A stretch of 64,000 bases of DNA from an uncultured delta proteobacterium (GTDB lineage Bacteria; Myxococcota_A; UBA9160; SMWR01): positions 384,001-448,000 of the forward strand of contig CAWHTE010000003.1 of the NCBI GenBank assembly GCA_963832165.1. Direction: 5' to 3'. The position numbers and the translations under genes are program-made. The notes beneath the pieces were generated by a model. The model searched no databases. It was given only the letters and a program-made list of their open reading frames with translations, and was not told the origin of the DNA. Below, piece after piece: positions 1-9,700 of the stretch. Every line of letters starts with the position of its first letter. Position 1 is the first letter of the stretch.

Positions 1-2244
1 CGCGGCGGCGCAAAGACCGCGTCGCGCGAGGACCGCCGCGGTCAGAAGAAGGCGCGCGACGAGGCCGCGCGGATCGCCAAGAAGGGCATGCCCGCGGAGG
101 CAGCCGAGCTGTGCTGCGCCGTCGGTCTGCTCGACGACGCGGCGAACTATTTCATCAAAGCGGGACAGATGGAACGCGCGGCGGAGATCCGCCATGACCA
201 GAACCGCTTCGTCGAGTCCGCGGAGCTCTACGCGAAGGCGGGCAAGCCCGATTCGGCGGGTGCGATCTACGCGCAGCAGGAGAAGTGGGATCTCGCGGCC
301 GAGGCCTACGTGGTGGCCGGGAACCTCTCGGTGGCCGCCGAGATGTACGAGAAGTCGGGCAACGATCGCCGCTCCGCGCAGTGCTATCGCAAGAGCGACT
401 TCCCGCGCTATGCCGCCAAGGCCTACATCCGCTGCGAGGAGTGGCTGCTCGCGGCCGAGTGCGTCGAAGAGGTGCTGGTCGAGGAGGGCCGCGGCGCCCA
501 GGGCGATGCGAAGAAGCACGCCGAGCACATGAAGCTCGTGCGCACCGCGGGCAGTCTCTACGAGCGCGGCGGCCGGATGGACCGCGCGCTCGACGTGCTG
601 GCGAAGTACGGCGCGCACGTGGCCGCGGCCGAGATCGCGGAGAAGACCGGGAAGATGGAGCGCGCCGCCGAGCTCTATCTCGAGGGCCGCGATCCGGAGC
701 GAGCCGCGGCCGCATTCGAAGCGGTCGGGCAGGGAGAGCGCGCGGCGCGGATCCTCGCGGATCTGAATCGCGACCGCGGCAACGCCGAAGAGGCCGCGCG
801 CCAGTTCGAACGCGCCGGCGAGTGGATGGAGGCGGGCGACCTCTACCGCTCCGTCGAGCTCTTCGAGAAGGCCGCCGAGTGCTACGAGCGCTTCGGCGAT
901 GGCCCGCTGGCCGCCGAGATGTTTGCGCTGTCGGGCAATCACGAGCGCGCCGCGCAGAACTACGAGAAGTCCGGGCGCTATTCCGAGGCCGCGCAGCTGT
1001 TCGCGCAGTCGGGCGACAGCGCGCGGGAGGCCGATCTGCTCGACAAGGCGGGTGAGTGTCTGCGCGCCGGGCGCATCCACCTCGACGCCGGCCGCACCGA
1101 GGAGGCGATCGGCGCGCTGCAGAAGGTGGGCGCGGAGCACGCGGAATTCGCGTCGGCCGCGGCGCTGCTCGGACGGGTGTTCCGCGATCGCGGGCAGTAC
1201 CCGCTCGCGATTGCGAAGCTGCGCGAGGCGGTCGGCCAGCGCGAGATCGACCGCAAGAACGTCGATGCCTTCTTCTGCCTCGCGACGGTCCACGAGGCGG
1301 ACGGAGACTGGCAGGAGGCGGTCGACCTGTACGAGAAGGTGCTCGCCTTCGACTACAGCCACGAAGACACCGCGGCTCGCCTAGAGCGCGCGCGCACGGA
1401 GCTCGCGGCACAGGCGGCTGCGCCCGCACCCGCACCCGCGACTGGATCTTCCACCTCGGGCCGTTACGTGATCCGCGGCACGCTCGGGCGCGGCGGCATG
1501 GGCATCGTCTACAAGGCCGACGACACCGTGCTCGACCGGACCGTGGCGCTCAAGGTGCTGCCCGAGTCGCTCAAGGAGAACCCGCAGGCACTCAAGAACT
1601 TCCTGCGCGAGGCCAAGAGCGCCGCGCAGCTGAACCACCCCAACATCGTGACGGTGTACGACGCGGGCGAACAGGACGGCGTCTACTACATCGCAATGGA
1701 GTTCGTCGACGGGAACACGCTCAAGGACATCATCAAGCGGCGCGGAAAGATCGCCCCGCGCGGGATCGTCCACGTCCTGTCGCAGATGTGCGAGGCCCTC
1801 GCCTTCGCCCACGAGAAGAAGATCGTGCACCGCGACGTGAAGACCGCGAACACGATGTGGACCAAGGACCGCAAGGCCAAGATCATGGACTTCGGCCTCG
1901 CCAAGGTGATCGAAGAGGTCCGCAACCACACCACCGTGGTGTCGGGCACGCCCTTCTACATGAGCCCCGAGCAGACGCTCGGGAAGAACGTCGACCAGCG
2001 CTCGGATCTCTACTCGCTGGGTGTCTCGGTATTCGAGATGGCCACGGGCACTCTGCCGTTCACCGAGGGAAATCTTCCCTATCACCACGTCCACACGCCG
2101 CCGCCGCGGCCTCAGGAGCTCGAGCCCGAGCTGCCCGATCTGCTCGCGGCGATCATCGAGCGCTGCCTGCGCAAGGATCCCGACGAGCGCTATCAGTCGG
2201 CGCGCGAAATCCTCGCCGAGCTCCGGTCCGCCTCGTCGCTTTGA
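1..2244 (+). CDS. TPR/SNAP-like repeat protein with C-terminal Hanks-type Ser/Thr kinase (5' partial)
   Basis: Frame open from base 1; repeated AAELYxKAG-type helices, then GRGGMG, VALK, HRDVKTAN, DFG, GTPFYMSPE kinase motifs. Confidence 0.9.
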   Translation, partial: RGGAKTASREDRRGQKKARDEAARIAKKGMPAEAAELCCAVGLLDDAANYFIKAGQMERAAEIRHDQNRFVESAELYAKAGKPDSAGAIYAQQEKWDLAAEAYVVAGNLSVAAEMYEKSGNDRRSAQCYRKSDFPRYAAKAYIRCEEWLLAAECVEEVLVEEGRGAQGDAKKHAEHMKLVRTAGSLYERGGRMDRALDVLAKYGAHVAAAEIAEKTGKMERAAELYLEGRDPERAAAAFEAVGQGERAARILADLNRDRGNAEEAARQFERAGEWMEAGDLYRSVELFEKAAECYERFGDGPLAAEMFALSGNHERAAQNYEKSGRYSEAAQLFAQSGDSAREADLLDKAGECLRAGRIHLDAGRTEEAIGALQKVGAEHAEFASAAALLGRVFRDRGQYPLAIAKLREAVGQREIDRKNVDAFFCLATVHEADGDWQEAVDLYEKVLAFDYSHEDTAARLERARTELAAQAAAPAPAPATGSSTSGRYVIRGTLGRGGMGIVYKADDTVLDRTVALKVLPESLKENPQALKNFLREAKSAAQLNHPNIVTVYDAGEQDGVYYIAMEFVDGNTLKDIIKRRGKIAPRGIVHVLSQMCEALAFAHEKKIVHRDVKTANTMWTKDRKAKIMDFGLAKVIEEVRNHTTVVSGTPFYMSPEQTLGKNVDQRSDLYSLGVSVFEMATGTLPFTEGNLPYHHVHTPPPRPQELEPELPDLLAAIIERCLRKDPDERYQSAREILAELRSASSL

Positions 2245-2248
2245 GTCA

Positions 2249-2286
2249 TGTGACGATCCCGTCACAGCCGTGACGCGTTCGTCACG
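2249..2286. promoter_or_regulatory. Tandem palindromic enhancer (UAS) sites for a sigma54 activator
   Basis: TGTGACG-ATCC-CGTCACA (2249-2266) and CGTGACG-CGTT-CGTCACG (2269-2286), 20 bp apart, about 100-135 bp upstream of a -24/-12 element. Confidence 0.7.
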
Positions 2287-2330
2287 ATTTCACGGGGTCC
2301 CGACTTGGTTCGCTGTCGAGGCCTCGGCTC

Positions 2331-2359
2331 TAACAGACTGATTTAACTATATAAATCAG
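2331..2359. promoter_or_regulatory. IHF-like site in AT-rich palindrome
   Basis: Minus strand 2331-2343 reads AATCAGTCTGTTA, matching WATCARNNNNTTR; overlaps palindrome CTGATTTA-N6-TAAATCAG (2338-2359). Confidence 0.6.
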
Positions 2360-2382
2360 CGCAGCTGCAGACAGGGCGCACG

Positions 2383-2398
2383 CGGCACGCAGCTTGCT
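2383..2398 (+). promoter_or_regulatory. Sigma54 (-24/-12) promoter of lpxC
   Basis: cGGCACgcagcTTGCt: GG at 2384-85, GC at 2396-97, exact GG-N10-GC spacing. Confidence 0.8.
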
Positions 2399-2460
2399 TA
2401 GTGCCGGGCAGGCGTTCGCGACAACCCCCTGTGGTCGCGGGCGATCCAGGGGGAAGATTC

Positions 2461-3366
2461 TTGCGTCAGCGAACGATCGCAGAGAAGGTTTCTTGTACAG
2501 GGGTGGGGCTCCACAGCGGAGCTGCTGTGCAGCTCACGCTGCATCCCGCGCGCGCGAACTCGGGCATCGTGTTCGTGCGCTCCGATTTCGGTGAGCCGAT
2601 CGAGATTCCGGCGCGGTCGAGCGAGGTGGTATCGACCGCGCTCGCGACCACGCTCGGCCGCGGCAACGCGACCGTAGGCACCGTCGAGCATCTGCTCGCG
2701 GCGCTGTTCGGCCTCGGCATCGACAACATCCGGATCGAGATCGATGGACCGGAGCTGCCCGTGATGGACGGCAGCTCCGCGCCGTTCGTCTACCTGATCC
2801 GCTCGGCGGGCGTGTTCGAGCAGCGCGAGGAGCGCCAGATGCTGCGCATCCGGCGCAAGATCGAAGTGATCGACGGCGATCGCTCGATCAGCATCGAGCC
2901 CTGCCGCGACTTCCGGGTCAGCTATGCGGTGGATTTCGACCACCCCGCGATCCGGCGCCAGGAGATCGAGCTGGGTCCGTTGTCGCCGGAGCGCTTCGAG
3001 CGCGACATCTCGGCCGCGCGGACGTTCGGATTCCTGCGCGAGGTTCACGCGCTCTGGGACGCCGGCTTCGCGCGCGGCGGCTCGCTCGAGAACACCGTGG
3101 TGCTCGACGACGAGAAGGTCGTGAACCCGGAAGGGCTGCGCTGGTCCGACGAATTCGTCCGGCACAAGGTGCTCGACCTGTGTGGCGACCTGGCGCTGCT
3201 CGGCGTGCCCGTGTGCGGGCACGTCAGCGCAGAGCGCGGCGGCCACGAGATGCACCAGCGGCTGGTGTCCGCGATCCTCGCGAACCCCGATGCGTGGACG
3301 ATCGGGGGCGCGACGGCCAAGCGCGGGCTCGAGCTCGCGCTCTGGTCAGACTCCGTCCGGGTCTGA
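2461..3366 (+). CDS. lpxC: UDP-3-O-acyl-N-acetylglucosamine deacetylase
   Basis: QRTI..GVGLHSG, TVEHLLAAL, MDGSS, ARTFGF, RHKVLD motifs; TTG start after purine-rich RBS. Confidence 0.95.
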   Translation: MRQRTIAEKVSCTGVGLHSGAAVQLTLHPARANSGIVFVRSDFGEPIEIPARSSEVVSTALATTLGRGNATVGTVEHLLAALFGLGIDNIRIEIDGPELPVMDGSSAPFVYLIRSAGVFEQREERQMLRIRRKIEVIDGDRSISIEPCRDFRVSYAVDFDHPAIRRQEIELGPLSPERFERDISAARTFGFLREVHALWDAGFARGGSLENTVVLDDEKVVNPEGLRWSDEFVRHKVLDLCGDLALLGVPVCGHVSAERGGHEMHQRLVSAILANPDAWTIGGATAKRGLELALWSDSVRV

Positions 3367-3723
3367 TCGCGAGACGATCTCGCGGAGCTCCGCCCAGCGC
3401 TCCAGCCGGGCGGCCAACTCCGCGCGCGCATCCGCATCGTCGAACGCGACGCCGACGCCCGGGCGGCCGTCTGCGGTCGCGCGGCTCCAGGCCACATGGG
3501 CGTGCAAGCACAGCTCCGTGTCGTCGCCCGGAAGGCAGAAGCGGATCACGAGCGGCGCGCGCGCGGGGAGTGGCGCTGCGGTCGTCACGAACAGTCCTCC
3601 AGCACCGAGCGTCGTGGCGGTTCCCACGACGCACTCGCCCGCTAGCTCGATCGCGACGTCGACGCGCAGCGTGAGCCTCGGGAAGCGGCGCCGCGGCCGC
3701 GCCGCGCGACGAGGTGCGGTCAC
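3346..3723 (-). CDS. PilZ domain protein
   Basis: RRRFPR and TLGAGGLFV motifs, VAW..GVGVAF; GTG start overlaps the TGA of the upstream gene. Confidence 0.8.
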   Translation of the reverse strand: MTAPRRAARPRRRFPRLTLRVDVAIELAGECVVGTATTLGAGGLFVTTAAPLPARAPLVIRFCLPGDDTELCLHAHVAWSRATADGRPGVGVAFDDADARAELAARLERWAELREIVSRSDPDGV

Positions 3724-6700
3724 AACCGCCCCAGCCAATCTTCGACGAGGCGCCGCAGAAGAGCGCACGCGACGGGGTCGGCCTCGACGTGCGGTGCGAT
3801 CGGTGCATCGCCGCTGAGCTCGCTCGCGCTATCCGACTCGGCAATCAAAGCGACGATCGCCGTGCGCAGCGGGGTGGCGTCGCGGCGGATCGCCTCGGCG
3901 GCGGCGAGCGCGCGCAGCTCGGTCCGCCACGCGTCGTAGTCCACGCCCGCGAAGTCACGCGGGTTGGCGTCGTCACCGAGGATCCGGCGCAGCTTGCGCA
4001 GCCGCCGGCGCCCGAGCGATTCGGAGAGCGCGTTCACGAGCGTCCCATGCCCGTTCACATGCTCGGGCTGGAGCGCGAGCTGGACCAGCAGCTCGAGCAC
4101 CTCGCGCACGTCGCGGGCCGACTGGGTCAGCAGAACGGCCGCCGACAGCTCCGCCTGGATCGCGAGCACCCGGCCGCGGAAGGCCACGACCGGATCTCCG
4201 TTCGGCGCCGCCGCGGGCGTCGGTGTGCTGCCGCCGAGCGCCCGCGCGAGCTCGCTCGCGGCCTCCATTGCGATCCTGCGCAGCGTCTCGAAGCGCGGAT
4301 CCGCGAGGGCGGTTTCGCGCGTCACCAGCGCGGCGCCGGCTGCGTCGGCCTCGCTCTCGCGGCTCGTGGCGATCCCGAGCGCGCGAAGAATCGCGACTCC
4401 CGCCGCGACCTGTTCCGATTCGGCGCGCGCGCGCGCGATGCGCAGCGCGACGCGCAGGCTACGCGCATGGGCGGGGCGCTTCGTGAGAACGAGCCGGAGG
4501 TGCTCGAGCGCTTCGACCCAGTCCCCCGGCCGATGGCTCAGGAGCTCGGCGAGCGCAGCGCGTGCCTCGATGCGCTCCGGCGCCAGCTCGATCGCGCGGC
4601 GATAGCGCAGTACCGCGCTCTGGAGCTCTTCGAGCGGACCCGCGAGCAGGCGGGCGAGCTGCTCGTACACATCGGCGAGCGCGGGATCGTCGTTGGTCGG
4701 ATGGCGTTCTGCGAACGCGTCGAGCGCCGACGCCGCCTCGCGCCACTCTCCGAAGCCCCGCAGCAGGCGCGCCTGCGCGAGCGCTGCCTCCGCGCAGCGC
4801 GGATCGCACTCGGCAGCGATGCCGAAGCACAGCGCCGCCTCGCGGCGCTCTCCCTTCTGCTCGAGTGCGCGGCCCTGCAGATTCGCGAGCGCCGCGAACT
4901 CGATCGGATCGTGGACGTGCGCCGCCGCGCGGTCGGTGCTCTCGATGGCGGCGTCGAGCCGGCCCGCATCGATCTGAAGACCCGCGAGCGCGATCGAGGC
5001 CGGTGCGAGGCCCGGATCGGCGGCCACTGCGGCGCCCAGATGCCGCACGGCGGATTCCACGCGCCCTCCGCGGCGCAGCTCCCACTGCGCCGCGCGCAGC
5101 AGCCGAAGCGCACGCTCTTCCCCCGTGCGCGCTGCGCGCGCCCACCGCTCGATCGCGGCGATACCGGGGTCGATCCGGTCGAGCGCTTCGAGTACGCGCG
5201 CGGTCGACTCGAGTGCGACCGCATGGAGCGGATCGCAATGCAGCGCGGCGCCATAGTGCGCGAGCGCCTCTTCCGGCTCTCCGGCGAGCTCGAGGCAGCG
5301 ACCGAGCAGTGCGCAGTGCGTGGCGCGCTCCGGATAGCGCTCTCCGCGCGCGAGCCGGCGCACGAGGGCGCTGCGCGCGGCCGGGTGATCGCCGAGAGCG
5401 ACGAGCATCTCGCCGTAGGCGCCGAGCGCGCCGGCGTGGTCCGGATCGATGCGCAGGGCCTCGGCGTAGAAGCTCGCCGCGACTTCGATGCGACCGCGCG
5501 AGCGCGCCGACTCGGCGCCCGTGCGCGCCACGGCCGCACGCGCGGCGGTGTCGAGCGCGCCGGGGGCGATCTCGAGTGCAGCCCGCGCGGCGAGCTCGGC
5601 TTCTTCATGACCGCTCAGCTGTGACGCGAGCCTCGCGCGCGCCGCGTGCGCGGCGGCGTCGTCGGGCGCGCGCGCGACCGCCGTGCGCAGCAGCGCGAGC
5701 GCCTGCTCCGGGTCCTGCTCCGAACACCGCGCCGCCGCATCGCGCAGGCGCGCCGCTGCGAGCGCGGGATGCGGCTCGTACTCGGCGGCGCGGCTCAGGG
5801 CGCGCGCGCTGCCGATCGGATCGCCGGTCGCGGCGCGCAGGCGCGCCGCCGCATCCCAGACCGCCGCGTCCGCGGGCTGACTCGCGATCGCCACCTCGAT
5901 CCGCGCGGTGGCGGCGTCGATGTGCCCGAGCTCCTCGAGCGCCACGGCGAGCCGCAGATGCTCCGGCGCCGCGGCTCCGGAATCGGGTGCGTCGCACCAG
6001 GTCGCGTACGCGGCGACGAACGATTCGCGGTCTCCAACCGCCTCGTGGAGCGCCGCGAGCTGCGCGATCTGCGGCGTGTCGAGGGGATCGATCTCGCCGG
6101 CGCGTCGCAGCGCGTTGCGCGCGCGCTCGGGATCGTCAGCGCGTTCGCTCGCGAGCGAGGTCACGTGTAGCCAGATTTCGCGCCGGCGCTTGGGGTTCGC
6201 CGAGCCCAGGACCTCGACTTCGCTCTCGTACAGATCGAGCGCGCCGCGCCAGTCCTCCATCGCTTCGAGCAGGCGCTCGAGCGCGCGCAGCGCGGCGAAG
6301 TCGGAGGCGTTCGCCTCGAGCGCGGCGGCGTAGCAGCGGCTCGCGCGCGTCGTCGACGAGAGGCGGTGCCAGTGGATGTCCGCGAGTGCGCGCAACAGCG
6401 CACCGCGGTCCGCGGGATCGCGATCTCGTGCGACGTCGAGCTCCCGCTCGAGCGCGTCGGCGACGTCGCGCCAGCGGCCGAGTCGCTCCGCAGTGCGCCT
6501 CATTCCGCGCAGCGCTTCGAGATTCGCCGGCTCGCACTCGAGTGCTTTCCGATAGGCCTCCCACGCCGCGGACGTACGCCGCAGTGTCTCCTCGCGCAAC
6601 AGCGCGAGGTCGAGCCAATCGCGGGCCGCGCCGCCCACGCGGTCGAGCCGGTGCGCGAGCCTGCGCTCGAGCTCGACGGCATTGCCCTCGCTGCGCAGCA

Positions 6701-9700
6701 GGCGCAGGCACGCGAGCTCGACGCGATCGAGCGTGTCGCGGCCGAGCAGCGCGACGTCGTCGGTGTCGAGCAGAACGCGCAGATGGGCGAGCGCGGAATC
6801 GGGCCGCGCCAGCACGGCGTCGTAGGTGAAGGCGAGCTCGCGGCGCAGCTCGCGCCGGCGGTCATCGAACACCGGAGCCGGATCGAGCGCCGCGAGCTCC
6901 CGCTCCGAGTGACGCGCCCACGCGGCGATGCGTCCGTTCGCGCGCTCCGCTGCGGCCAGCGATGCGAGAATCTCCACCTCGGCGGGACTGCCGGCCGGGA
7001 CCAACCGCCGCGCGGCCTCCCAATGCCGGACCGCGGAGCCCGGCTCGCGCAGCTCCTTGGCGTAGAGCGCGGCGAGCTCGCGGTGCAGCGCGAGGTCGGA
7101 TCCGCACTGGGCGAGCAGCGCCTCGAGCGTCGTCGCCCGCCGCGCGTGGTGACCGAGCTCGCGCTCGATCTGCTCGCGGAGCCGCAGCGCGTCCGGAAGG
7201 GCGCCCGCTTCGGCGAGCGCGGACAGCGCGCGACCGGTATCTCCCGCGTCGCGCAGCAGCGTCGCGCGCTCGAGATGACAGCGCGACCGCGCCTCGCCCT
7301 GCGCAAGCGCGGCCTCCGCTTCGAGCGCGCGCACGAGCGCCTCGCGCTGGCCGAGCTCGCGATGCGCGCGTGAGATGCGTCCGAGCACGTCGGCATTCGT
7401 GGGCCACTCGTGGCGCAGTCGCTCGAGCCACGGCAACGCCGCCTCGGGAGAGATCCGCTCCCACGCGACGCGCCCGGCGTGATCGATGAGGGTCGCGCGC
7501 TCGGCCGGCGCGCAATCCTGGAGCCGGCTCGCCTCGCAATCGAGCCATTCGCTCCAACGCTGCTCCTGCTCCAGCAGTGCGCTCTGCTCCCGGCGCAGAT
7601 CGGGAGCCTCGTGCCGCGTGGGATCGGCGTCGAGCGCTGCTCGGTAGCACTGGATCGCAGAGGCCGGCTGAGCGAGCGATCCGGCGAGCAGGCGCGCCTT
7701 GCGCACGCGCCACTCTGCGGACTCGCGCGGAGACTGCGAGGCGCGGATGCGCGCGTCGAGCAGCGCGAGCGCATCGTCGTGGCGTCCGAGCATCTCGGCG
7801 ATCTCCACCGCTGCGTCGAGCGCGGCGCGGTGCCGCGGCGCAAGCTGGAGTACGCGCGATGCGTGGAGCAGTGCGTGGCCGGGCCGAGTCGCGCGCAGCC
7901 GCTCGACCAGCTCGAGGCGCACGGGAATCTCGGCGTTGCCCGCGAGGTGGCGCAGCTCGGCCTCGAGCAGCTCGACGAGCGGCTCGCTGCGGCCCAGCGC
8001 GCGGTACAGCTCGCGCAGCGAGGCTTCGATCGCGCGGTCGCCCGGGCGTTCGGTCAGGGAGCGTCGATAGGCGTCGGCGGCCTCGCTCGGCTGATCGATG
8101 CAGAGATGGGCGTCGCCGAGCCGCGCCCACCAGTTGGCGCGCTCGGCCGGATCCTCGCTCGCGGTCGCGGCGGTCGTGCACAGCTCGATCAGATCGGCGT
8201 GGTATTCGCCGCGCTGGTATGCGGCGGCGAGCGGCTCGGTGACGACCGCGTCGGGCCCGAGCTCTTCGAGCGCGACCTCGAGCGCCGAGATCGAGCCCTC
8301 GAGGTCGTCGAGATGCGCTTCGCGCACGTGCGCAATCTGGAGCCGCAGCGCGGTGCGCCGGCTCGTGGTGTGCGGGTCGGTCGTCGCGTCGATCGCCGCG
8401 AGCCGGGTCTCGAGCAGCGCGACCACGTCCTCGAAGCGCTCCGATTCTTCGTAGGCGTGCTCGAGGAAGTGCGCCGCGGCGGAATGCGCGGGACAGAGGT
8501 CGAACACGCGCTCGTAGTGCTCGCGCGCGCTATCGGGCCGCGCGCACTCGAGGTGGAGCTCGGCGAGGCGCGCGCGCAGCTCGATCTCGCGGGTGTGATC
8601 GGGCCGGTTCGCGAGCTCCGCCTCGAGCGCGCGCACGCTGTCATCGACGCGCTGTGCGCGCTCGTAATGCCCGGCGAGCTTCTGCCAGATGTCGCTGCGC
8701 TGTGCGTCGAGGGCGACCACGCGCTCGAGGTGCTCCACCTCGGCTGCGCCGTCGCCGAGGCGTTCCGCGCATAGTCGAGCGAGGCGTTCGTGCAGGCGCG
8801 CGTCCTCGTCGACCGAGTGGCCCAGCGACCGCAGCCAGTGCTCGCGCAGCGCGGGCCAGCGCTGCAGCTGCTCGAGCAGCCGCTCGCAGTGCTGCTCGGC
8901 GCTGCGCGCCGTGCTCGGATCGGCGCTCTCGGCGGCGAGCCGGGCGAAGATCGCGAGCGCGTCGTCGGGGCGAGCGAGCTGCTCCTCGAGCAACACCGCG
9001 CGCTCGAGCGCGACCTGGCTGCGCGCGGGCTCTTCCGCGCCGCGCTCCTGATCCTCGAGGAACGCGGCGAGCCCAGCGGCATCGCCGCCCTCGCGCAGTG
9101 CGCGCTCGAGCCCCGCACGCGCCTCGCGCGATTCGGGCTCGTGCTCGAGCACGCTCCGATACGCCGCGACGGCGTCTTGCGCCCGACCGAGCTCGTCCAG
9201 CAGCACTTCGGCACGGCGCAGCTCGATGGCTGCGGCCGCGGGGCTGCGCTCACACGCGGCGGCCCGCCGCGCGAGCCGCTGCTCGAGCTCGCCATGGCGG
9301 CTCGCCCGCGCGAGCAGTCCGTCGATCCGATCGCTGATCTCCGCGCCGCCCGCTCCCTCTGACTCGGTGCGGCCGAGCACGGCGATCGCGCGCGCGAGGT
9401 CGCGGCGCTGCTCGAGGATCTGCGCGAGCTCGAGGCGCGTCGCGATGCGCGGCGCTTCGGTCTGGCCTTCTGCGAGATGCTCGAGCGCGGGGATCAGCTC
9501 GTCGATCCGGCCCAGCTCCCGCAGCGCATCGGCGCGGCCTGCGAGTGCGGTCACGTCGTCCGGCGCGATCTCGAGCGCGTGCGCGAACGCGCGTTCGGCG
9601 GCGTCGGGCTTGCCGAGCGAGGTATGCAGCGCGCCGATCCGCTTGCGGTTGGCCGCCTGCTCGCCGGGCTCGAGCAGCCGGTCGAGCGCGCTGAGTGCGG

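Noticed and set aside
7976..7992. Partial match to the hairpin repeat inside the TPR gene (also near 53651 in the GNAT gene)
   Set aside because: Lacks the paired second arm; explainable as Arg-Ser-Glu codons in GC-rich coding sequence
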